From Candidatus Zhuqueibacterota bacterium (GTDB taxonomy: Bacteria > Zhuqueibacterota > Zhuqueibacteria > Residuimicrobiales > Krinioviventaceae), in the NCBI GenBank assembly GCA_016934825.1, contig JAFGSB010000049.1, forward strand, positions 10,045 through 74,044: DNA of 64,000 nt. The letters run 5' to 3'. The notes beneath the pieces are model-generated. The model was not told the DNA's origin. It saw only the letters and a list, made by a program, of their open reading frames with translations, and searched no databases. Of this stretch, positions 52,256-60,676 are shown piece after piece. The position numbers and the translations under genes are program-made. Position 1 is the stretch's first letter. The number at the start of each line of letters is the position of its first letter.

Positions 52256-54787
52256 ATGTTTAAAAAATCAAAAATTACTTTGCTAATTATTATTTTATTA
52301 ATTTTCACAAATTTCAATTTGCATGCAGACATAAATTTTAAAAATGGAATCCTGACCCTTGAAAATGAAAAAATGGTCAGGCGAATTCAGTTACCGGAAC
52401 AAACACCGGGACCTGTGTTTGTTTCTTCAATATATTCGAAACAAACAAATAAAGAACTGTTGGCCGTTACGAACGCCGACCCCTATTTTGAATTTGTGAT
52501 CAACAATCGATTGATAACTGCAAACGATAATATATGGCAGTATAAAAAACATGAAATCAGAAAGATGCAAAACGGCGGAGAAGAAATAAAAATTTTTTTG
52601 CAGGGCAGAAAATCGCCCGTGAAAGATTTGACTCTAATCATCTGTCAACAACTGTTTGCAAACCGAACATTAATTCGGGAACAGCTTGTTTTGCAGGCGC
52701 CCGGCAAAACTCATTTTACCCTGAACAAACTGAATAACCGCCTGCACTTTAAATTCCCGCAATACAGTCTGATCAACAAAACACCGGTTAAAACCACAGA
52801 AATACGGATCGCAACCTGGGCAAATGAGTTGATCGATTTTAAGCAAAATGCCTTTGACGATTACCGAAAATACGATGATAAAACCGGTGATCTGAACCTG
52901 GCGCACTGCCATATGTTCCATCCGCAAATAAACGAATTTAAGCCCGACAGTGTGATAACAACAAAAGGTCCCATTCAGATTTTATCAAATTCCGGTTTTA
53001 GCTGGATAACGGCCTATGAACACGCGTCGCAGGACGGGCGAAAAGGTATCGCCGCATCGGGCTTTGACTGGGAAGAAAAAGACGATGATTTTCATTTCCT
53101 CGGGATCAGCCAAAACAATACCGGCAGCAGACTCGATATATCCGTCGACATATTACGCGGCGGTTACCTGGACGGGGAAACAATCACCCCTGAACGTCCC
53201 TATGAATCCGTATGGACGGTCAGCGCGTTTTGTCACGACGGAGATCTCGCAGCAGCGAAAGCGATCATTCATGATTACCTGATAAACCTGATCTGTGAAA
53301 AACCGGCCTCAAGGAAACCGGCATTCTATTACAATACATGGGGAATGCAGCGCGATCTGGAAAAAAAGGGGAATCCGGTACGCGAGGTATTCACGGAAGA
53401 ACGAATTTTACAGGAAATAAAAAACGCCGCGGAATTGGGCGTGGACCTGTTCGTATTGGACGACGGCTGGGAACAGGATCAGGGCGACTGGACGGCAAAT
53501 AAACAGAGATTGAAAAACGGGTTGGCGCCGGTAAAAGCGGAACTGGACAAATACGGGATCGATATGGGTATATGGCTTTCAACGGCCGGAATATCCAAAG
53601 AGACTGACCGGTACAAACAACACCCCGAATGGGTCATAAAAGACGCAAAAGGCGAACCTTTTCAAGCTCAATGGGATCAGCCGGCATTCGATTTTGTCAG
53701 CGGATTTTATGATCTGTTCATAGCCGATTGTAAAAAGTTGATCGACCAGGGGGTGAGGTTTTTCAAATGGGACGCGATCAATACATTCAACAGCACACTG
53801 CCGAATTTATATCATGGCAGCGACAGATATTCGGCGTTGGAAATCAAACAGCGTTATGAATACCTTCTGCCCCTATATATCACCAGGGCTATGAAAGAAC
53901 TGACCGATTATGAACCGGATCTGGTTATAGAGATCGATGTAACGGAAGCACGCCGGGTATTGGTCGGCCTTGCGCCGCTCAGTCAGGGCAAATTTTTCTG
54001 GATGAATAACGGCGCATCCGGATATGGCGACAGAAGCGTTTACCGCGCAAAATCCATGCGAACCATAGTAAATGAATTCGGCGGGATCATACCTTTGGAA
54101 TTATTTACTTTTGCGAATTATCCGCATAATTCTTATCCCTACTTTGCACAGCGATATAATGTCAATACATCGCTGATTGCCGGGCATGGTTTCTGGGGTA
54201 ACCTGGAAGATATGAACAGCGAGCAACGCTTACGCGTCGGGAAACTGGTCGCCAAAAGCAAAAGAGTCCTTCCATATATTGTTGAAACAATGCCTGAAAT
54301 AAACGGCAAAATCGGCTCGTCACCGGAGATATATACAATTGTCAATCAGGATAAAGCGGCGGGACAAATTATCGCGTTCAGCGGCCAGGCCAAAAAATAT
54401 GAACATAAAGTGACTATAAATTCGGACAACCTGCTCGCCGTTCTGAATCATGCGTACAACCTGGGGGACGATAATTTAACTCTCTGTTTCGAATTTATGA
54501 TGCCGGATGATGCACGCGAGGCGTTTCTGCTTACAAATAATGGCGACGGCATATCGATTGTTTCTTCAACTTCATGGCTTGACGATGTTTTACTTAACGG
54601 CAGTGAATTAAAATTTACTTCCGGGGCTCCCGGTATCCAAACAATACAATGGAATAAAAAACGAGGGAAACCGGAAGTTTCAAGTACCGGAAACATAAAT
54701 TATAAAATTTCTGATCCGACATTAAAAGATTACTACCTGATTACGGTGCAGATTAATGAACCTGACTGCGAGGTTATTATCAGGTAA
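52256..54787 (+). CDS. Secreted GH36-like glycoside hydrolase (alpha-galactosidase / clan GH-D homologue)
   Basis: Signal peptide; 'FVLDDGWEQDQGDWTANKQRL' matches the GH36 'LDDGWF…GDW' nucleophile region and 'FKWDAIN' the 'KWDMN' block. Confidence 0.55.
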   Translation: MFKKSKITLLIIILLIFTNFNLHADINFKNGILTLENEKMVRRIQLPEQTPGPVFVSSIYSKQTNKELLAVTNADPYFEFVINNRLITANDNIWQYKKHEIRKMQNGGEEIKIFLQGRKSPVKDLTLIICQQLFANRTLIREQLVLQAPGKTHFTLNKLNNRLHFKFPQYSLINKTPVKTTEIRIATWANELIDFKQNAFDDYRKYDDKTGDLNLAHCHMFHPQINEFKPDSVITTKGPIQILSNSGFSWITAYEHASQDGRKGIAASGFDWEEKDDDFHFLGISQNNTGSRLDISVDILRGGYLDGETITPERPYESVWTVSAFCHDGDLAAAKAIIHDYLINLICEKPASRKPAFYYNTWGMQRDLEKKGNPVREVFTEERILQEIKNAAELGVDLFVLDDGWEQDQGDWTANKQRLKNGLAPVKAELDKYGIDMGIWLSTAGISKETDRYKQHPEWVIKDAKGEPFQAQWDQPAFDFVSGFYDLFIADCKKLIDQGVRFFKWDAINTFNSTLPNLYHGSDRYSALEIKQRYEYLLPLYITRAMKELTDYEPDLVIEIDVTEARRVLVGLAPLSQGKFFWMNNGASGYGDRSVYRAKSMRTIVNEFGGIIPLELFTFANYPHNSYPYFAQRYNVNTSLIAGHGFWGNLEDMNSEQRLRVGKLVAKSKRVLPYIVETMPEINGKIGSSPEIYTIVNQDKAAGQIIAFSGQAKKYEHKVTINSDNLLAVLNHAYNLGDDNLTLCFEFMMPDDAREAFLLTNNGDGISIVSSTSWLDDVLLNGSELKFTSGAPGIQTIQWNKKRGKPEVSSTGNINYKISDPTLKDYYLITVQINEPDCEVIIR

Positions 54788-55061
54788 AAAGTGAAAATAA
54801 CAAATTCTTGTAAGCCAATCCGAATTATTCAGTTCATCTGAATTGATCCGTATAAATTATCGCTTTTCCCAAAAGCACTGTTTTGTCCTGTCTGTTTTAC
54901 TCTCCGGATCAAATTTACACACGGATCCACTTTGTATTACACCTGTAACAGAAATGCAGAGTAAGTGAAAAACTTTTATTTTTCAATTGATATACTCAAT
55001 AAATTTTATTAATTTGATAAAATTTTCTTTATTCGAATTTTTACATCAAATTAAATAACCG

Positions 55062-55793
55062 ATGAAAAAAATACCTTATACAGTTGTCGTTAGCGCTTCT
55101 TTTTTTATTTTTTTTATACAATCAATTATTACGTTATTATTCACAACCCTGGCAATTATATTCTCATATATAAAATGGATGACGGCCCTGAGAATATCTC
55201 TTTCCATTTGGGGAATACTTTTATTTCTGGTTATGGGGAAATGGCTGCATGTTACCGGTAAAAACAATATCGAAAAAGGAAAAAACTATATACTTTTGGT
55301 AAACCATGCCAGTTTATATGATATACCGGCAATAATGGTCGTTTTCCCGCGTGTTTCATGGCTCGGACGCGAGTATTTGGTTAGAATACCTTTATTCGGA
55401 CATGCCCTTAAAATGAACCATTACATTCCCATCAGCAGGGACCTTTCTCTCGGTGTTAAAAAAATAATTAATGATTCGATTGCAAAATCCGGGCATATTA
55501 CGATTGCAATTTTCCCGGAGTCCACACGTACCATGGATGGCCGATTGCAGGATTTTAAAAGAGGTTTTGTACATATCTTGAAAGCCACAGAACTTGATAT
55601 TTTGCCGGTAACACTGAACGGGATGTATAAACTAAAACCAAAAACCCGTAAATATTTGAATCCCTTTATCAAGTTGGAATTGAAAATTCACAAACCTCTA
55701 AAAAATAATGAACTAAAGGGGAAAAGTGTGAATGAAATACTGTTTCAGACAAAAAATATAATTGAATCAGCTTACATTTTCCAAGAGGGATAA
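55062..55793 (+). CDS. 1-acyl-sn-glycerol-3-phosphate acyltransferase-like (PlsC/LPLAT family)
   Basis: Acyltransferase motif I 'VNHASLYD' (HxxxxD) and motif III 'FPESTRT'. Confidence 0.75.
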   Translation: MKKIPYTVVVSASFFIFFIQSIITLLFTTLAIIFSYIKWMTALRISLSIWGILLFLVMGKWLHVTGKNNIEKGKNYILLVNHASLYDIPAIMVVFPRVSWLGREYLVRIPLFGHALKMNHYIPISRDLSLGVKKIINDSIAKSGHITIAIFPESTRTMDGRLQDFKRGFVHILKATELDILPVTLNGMYKLKPKTRKYLNPFIKLELKIHKPLKNNELKGKSVNEILFQTKNIIESAYIFQEG

Positions 55794-55796
55794 AGA

Positions 55797-56714
55797 ATGT
55801 CAGATGAAAAAAAATGGGCGTTTATCGTCAATCCGATAGCCGGAAATGGATTTGCCCGGAAATATGTTCCGACAATCCGAAAACACGTTGAAAATCGAAA
55901 ATTAGATTATACCCTTGTTTTCACGGAAAAAAAAGGTCATGCAATAGAACTTGCGAGAGATTTTGCAGCCAAAGGTTATACCCATATCATAGCCGTTGGA
56001 GGCGACGGTACGATGAACGAAACCGCAACGGGTATAATGGAGCAAAATGTAACATTTGGTATTATTCCCGCCGGAACAGGCAACGATTTTGTGCCGATAT
56101 TGGGATTTAATGAACATTTTTCCGAGAATGATTGGAAAATATTTTTACATGAAAATACCATTGAAATTGATGTCGGCATATGTAACGGCAATTATTTTTT
56201 AAACGGTATGGGACTTGGCTTTGATGCTCAGGTCGCTTCCGAAAACTACACAGACGGCGAAGTTAAAAAGGGCAGCTCGAAAAAATATTTCTGGCATATC
56301 ATCAAAACGCTGTTATTTTATCATGAAAAACCAATGAGTGTGATAAATGAAGAAGATGAAAACCAGTCTTTATGTTTCATCAACACCATAGGCAATGGCA
56401 GAAGATTTGGCGGCGGTTATTTTCTCACCCCTCAGGCCATATCCAATGACGGATATTTTGATATCTGCATGGTAGAAAAATTATCATTGTATGAGCGTTT
56501 TAGATTATTCACCAGAGTACCCAAGGGCACACATATTTCCGATAAAAAAGTCAAATACTATAAAACGAATAAATTACTCATTCAATTCAATGAAAAAGTA
56601 CCCTATCATCTGGATGGTGAAATGTATTATGATGAACAGTTTATCATTAACATTATGCCCCGGAATCTAAAAATCATTTACAATCCGGAAGGAGAACACT
56701 ATTTCAACAATTAA
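55797..56714 (+). CDS. Diacylglycerol-kinase catalytic-domain lipid kinase (YegS/DgkB-like)
   Basis: 'IIAVGGDGTMNE' and 'GIIPAGTGNDF' DAGK_cat signatures; starts 3 nt after the PlsC stop. Confidence 0.8.
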   Translation: MSDEKKWAFIVNPIAGNGFARKYVPTIRKHVENRKLDYTLVFTEKKGHAIELARDFAAKGYTHIIAVGGDGTMNETATGIMEQNVTFGIIPAGTGNDFVPILGFNEHFSENDWKIFLHENTIEIDVGICNGNYFLNGMGLGFDAQVASENYTDGEVKKGSSKKYFWHIIKTLLFYHEKPMSVINEEDENQSLCFINTIGNGRRFGGGYFLTPQAISNDGYFDICMVEKLSLYERFRLFTRVPKGTHISDKKVKYYKTNKLLIQFNEKVPYHLDGEMYYDEQFIINIMPRNLKIIYNPEGEHYFNN

Positions 56715-57372
56715 CAAAAAGAAAGACTATGTTGCTTTTTTTGATCTTGACCACACAATTCTAAACGACAGTAGCGGAAAAATTCTCGGTATACAGGCTT
56801 TTTTAAATGATATTTTTAAAAAAAGGTATATGTTTGAAGCCGCTTTTATTTCTTTTGCCTATAAATTCAAGTTAATGAACCCGGAAAAAATATTAATCAG
56901 AATGGGGAAATGGCTCCGCGGCCAGCAAGAACAAAAGATTGTTGATTTTATGACAACTATGTTCAACAAAGTAATGAAACCTGCTATCCGTCAAAAAGCA
57001 CATAAAGAAATTGAGTTCCATAAACGAAACAATGCGCTGACAGTAATTCTATCCGCTTCCACATCGCAAATATGCGAACCGGTAAAAAACTATCTCGGTT
57101 TTGATGATATGATTTGCACGACCCTTGAATTGATAGACGGCCGTTTTACCGGTTATCCGAAAGATCGCTATTGTTTTGGAGAAGAAAAACTCAACAGGAC
57201 TATCAATTATTGTCAAAAACATAATCTGACATTGAAAAATGCTTGGTTTTATACCGACTCCTATTCCGATATCCCTATGCTCAATGCAGTCGGGCACCCG
57301 GTATGCGTTTCACCGGATAAAAAACTCAGCCGGTTCGCCCGGAACAAAGGCTGGGATATTGAACGATGGTAA
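56701..57372 (+). CDS. HAD-superfamily hydrolase (HAD-IB/phosphoserine-phosphatase-like); proposed non-canonical ATT start after AAGGAG (track ATG at 56830 would delete HAD motif I)
   Basis: In-frame 'FFDLDHTILNDSSG' (DxDxT motif I, 56743-56757) lies upstream of the first ATG. The frame opens at 56671 and contains no ATG/GTG/TTG before 56830. AAGGAG at 56689-56694 sits 6 nt before ATT at 56701. C-terminal 'YTDSYSDIPMLNAVGHPVCVSPD' is HAD motif IV. Confidence 0.55.
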   Translation: MSTINKKKDYVAFFDLDHTILNDSSGKILGIQAFLNDIFKKRYMFEAAFISFAYKFKLMNPEKILIRMGKWLRGQQEQKIVDFMTTMFNKVMKPAIRQKAHKEIEFHKRNNALTVILSASTSQICEPVKNYLGFDDMICTTLELIDGRFTGYPKDRYCFGEEKLNRTINYCQKHNLTLKNAWFYTDSYSDIPMLNAVGHPVCVSPDKKLSRFARNKGWDIERW

Positions 57373-57848
57373 TCATTAATTTTAACCGACAAGCCGGAAT
57401 GTAATGCCCGGCAGTTCAAAAAATGTTTATTCATAAAGGAAATCACTTGTAACAATTACATTTCAACAAAATCCGGAAAAACTATTATCCCACTTTGTCA
57501 ACATTTATCAGGACTGATTACCTTCTATGCCACACTATTTTTAATTAAATAACCTGTTTTGCACGATTTTATTTCCACCTTACTAACCTTTCCTCTTGAA
57601 AATAATGCACTTAGCGTATTTATACCCGTTTACAGATCATGTTTTATTGTTTAATTAACCGGCAGACGGATTATACAAAGCTTAAACTCTTACCTTATTA
57701 AATTATTGATTTCCAAGCAATTAGAAAACTTCATATTAAATCATACTCTGCATCAGTGACCGTTATATTTCTGATATCACATTTATTATGGCTCATTTTT
57801 TGCAAAAAACGAGATGTCATATGACATAGTATTACTGGAGTCTACAGG

Positions 57849-59393
57849 ATGATATCGGAAAAAAGCTTGCTTCTATTATATCAAAACGCTGTGCAAGGAA
57901 TTTATCAAACTACTCGTGAAGGGCGTTTTTTAACAGTTAATCCCACAATTGCTGTAATGCTGGGGTATGATTCAACAACAGACCTGATCCAATCCATAAC
58001 CGATATAGGTTCGCAGTTGTATGTTGAACCGGACCGCCGACAGCAATTTATCGATGAAATCGAAAAAAGATATATTGTAAATAATTTTATCTCACAAATA
58101 AATAAAAAAGATAAGACTAAAATCTGGATTTCTGAAAACGCACGAATCGTATGTGATGAAACGGGAAATGTTCTTTATTATGAAGGTTTTATATCGGATA
58201 TAACAGCGCTTAAACAAGTGGAAGAACAAATTAATTCTCAGTTAAAAAGACAATTTATAAATGAAAAAATGGAATCCATCGAATTAATGGCCAGGGGATT
58301 TGGTCATGATTTGAATAACATGCTGAGCCCGATTTTGGGATATGCGGAATTACTATTGGAATTTTTCCCTAATGAAGAAAAAATGGAGAGATACCTGCAG
58401 AATATAATACGATCCACTAAAAAAGCCCGCGATTTGATCGGGCAGATACATTCGATCGGAAAACCTGAAAAAAGAAAAAGTAAACCGCTGCACATCTCAA
58501 GTCTTATTAACGAGATTATAAATCAGCAAAGAACCAAACACTCACCGAATATTCACATAACACAAAAAATTGAAAACGATATCCCCTACATTCTGGGGAA
58601 TCCGTCACAAATTCATCAGATATTGAATAACATGATCGAAAACGCTATTCAAACAATGGAAAACATCGGGGGTGAATTAACTGTTACTTTAAGGGAAAGA
58701 AATTTAACGGCAAACGATATTCATATCAATTCCCTCTATCTTGATCCAGGCTCCTATCTTGAAATTATTTTAAGTGACACTGGTGACGGCATACAGGCGA
58801 AAAATATACATTGTATTTTTGATCCCTATTTCATTACCAGAAATGACAAAATCGGACATGGATTTGGCTTAGCCACAGTTTATAGTCTTGTTAGAATGTA
58901 TAACGGCGATATTAAAGTAAAAAGTAATCCGGGGAACGGTACAACCTTTAATATTTATCTGCCTGCTTACAAAACAGATGTGACAACAAATTATTTACCT
59001 GCCGACAAAAATCCTTCGCGAACCCAAAAACATATAATGCTCATCGATGATGATGATGATATTCTCAAAATACAAAAGCAACTTGTTGAATATCTTGGAT
59101 ACAAGGTTACGGCATTTAATGAAAGTCAACTGGCGCTTGAAGCATTTAGTAATAATCCCCAACTTTACGATCTTATTTTGACGGATATGAATATGCCTGA
59201 ATTGACCGGGCTGGCGCTCTCAAAATTAATGCTGCAAATCAATTCCGATATACCGATAATATTATGCACAGGTTATGCCGAAAGCATCAATGAAGCGACC
59301 ATTAAATCGGTCGGCATTAAAAAGTTTATCCTCAAACCCTTAACCGCTCAAAAACTTTCCAATGATTTGAAAACTGTTTTAAAAGAATCATAA
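57849..59393 (+). CDS. Hybrid sensor histidine kinase (PAS – HisKA – HATPase_c – REC)
   Basis: H-box 'GFGHDLNNMLSPILGYAELL'; G-boxes 'LSDTGDGI' and 'GHGFGLATV'; C-terminal receiver 'IMLIDDDDD…LILTDMNMP…KPL'. Confidence 0.85.
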   Translation: MISEKSLLLLYQNAVQGIYQTTREGRFLTVNPTIAVMLGYDSTTDLIQSITDIGSQLYVEPDRRQQFIDEIEKRYIVNNFISQINKKDKTKIWISENARIVCDETGNVLYYEGFISDITALKQVEEQINSQLKRQFINEKMESIELMARGFGHDLNNMLSPILGYAELLLEFFPNEEKMERYLQNIIRSTKKARDLIGQIHSIGKPEKRKSKPLHISSLINEIINQQRTKHSPNIHITQKIENDIPYILGNPSQIHQILNNMIENAIQTMENIGGELTVTLRERNLTANDIHINSLYLDPGSYLEIILSDTGDGIQAKNIHCIFDPYFITRNDKIGHGFGLATVYSLVRMYNGDIKVKSNPGNGTTFNIYLPAYKTDVTTNYLPADKNPSRTQKHIMLIDDDDDILKIQKQLVEYLGYKVTAFNESQLALEAFSNNPQLYDLILTDMNMPELTGLALSKLMLQINSDIPIILCTGYAESINEATIKSVGIKKFILKPLTAQKLSNDLKTVLKES

Positions 59394-59454
59394 AACATAT
59401 TTAAATTTAAAAATAATTTAAGGATTTTATCTCCAATCAGGTATTACTTTGTAT

Positions 59455-59491
59455 ATAAAAAAAGCCCCGAAAAATTTTCCGGGGCTTTTTT
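59455..59491. terminator. Bidirectional rho-independent terminator between convergent genes
   Basis: AAAAAAGCCCCGaaaaattttCCGGGGCTTTTTTAT. Confidence 0.75.
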
Positions 59492-59510
59492 ATCGAGGTG
59501 GCCTCATGGA

Positions 59511-59843
59511 TTAATACTGGTAAACCCGCAAAACTTTTTTCAGTTTCTTTAAATAAATTTGAATAAAATTGTAATCATTTTTTGAATCAATTTGAAATAC
59601 CTTCTTTTTATAAACCGGCATGCTGTTTAACCCAACAGGTTCTTTGGGATTGTCTAAATTTTTCTGCCAAGCCACCTTGTTATTACTTTTTGCCTGTTTT
59701 GAAAATTTGAAAAAAGATCCACTTTTGTCTTTATAAAAGACAACTTTACCTTTATTCGTATCGGCAAATGCCGAATCCAGGGATACAAATAAAAATACAA
59801 CCGCGACAACTGCAACCATCAAAAATTTAAATGAATTTTTCAT
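59511..59843 (-). CDS. Small secreted Lys-rich hypothetical protein
   Basis: Signal peptide MKNSFKFLMVAVVAVVFLFVSLDSAFA; no motifs. Confidence 0.45.
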   Translation of the reverse strand: MKNSFKFLMVAVVAVVFLFVSLDSAFADTNKGKVVFYKDKSGSFFKFSKQAKSNNKVAWQKNLDNPKEPVGLNSMPVYKKKVFQIDSKNDYNFIQIYLKKLKKVLRVYQY

Positions 59844-59997
59844 GACGTCTCCTTTGCTTTTATATAAAATTATTTGTTAACAAATTCTACAGGGGTTTAG
59901 GCAACGTCCGTGCCAGAAATCATTCCAACCAAATATGCAGTTAACTATATATTTTTAAATGAATAACAAATGTAATGAAATTTACAAAAAAACAGAA

Positions 59998-60136
59998 ATG
60001 TCTCATTTAATACCGAAACAAATGAGACACATAATACCAAAAAGTCGTCCTGAAATATTTATTGATATTTAAAATCAATAAAATCAGCTAAATACAATTC
60101 ATTGTACTATGTCAATAACCGTATTATGTCTCATTT
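59998..60136. repeat. Three copies of the 11-mer ATGTCTCATTT within 140 bp: direct copies at 59998 and 60126, and a near-exact (10 of 11 nt) inverted copy at 60020-60030 forming a 10-bp inverted repeat with the first
   Basis: Seen directly in the 830-bp divergent intergenic region upstream of the TonB-dependent-receptor-like gene. Confidence 0.4.
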
Positions 60137-60676
60137 CATCAACTGGTAAACAATGACCCATATATTCTAAAGGAACAATAAAAATTTTTGAAATATATGA
60201 CAAGCATTTTAAAAACTCATTATGAGAACAACCGGTGCCCGTTTTGATATGATAACAAGGGAATAAATATTTAATAAAATAATTCATTTTTTTGTTGACA
60301 TTTCAATATAATTTTATTAAAATATCACAAATTTACGAAAACGTTTAAGTAAATTATATCCCCTATTAATTCATAATAATACATCCTCCAGAATGATTTA
60401 TGCTAAGGAATGCTCTGATTTTAAATGTTAAGTGAAAATATTATGATAATGAAGAAGGTTGTGTATTAATTTACTTGTTACACAAAATTTATTACATATG
60501 CCTTTCATTGCCGTGAAAATATAAAGATTATTAAAAAATCTTTAGTCGGTATAAATAATTTTCATCTGATAACGTTTTTTCAAGCAGTGCATAAACAATA
60601 TTCAATTTCCGCTTTCAGGTATAATTCAAATTTTTATAGAACAACATGTATAATAAACATGGAGCGTAGGATAGTG

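Noticed and set aside
60587-60676. N-terminal extension of the TonB-dependent receptor ORF (MHKQYSISAFRYNSNFYRTTCIINMERRIV…)
   Set aside because: A signal peptide begins only at MNKKLFILVF (60677), preceded by GGAG. The extension lies in an AT-rich promoter-like region and has no support as coding.
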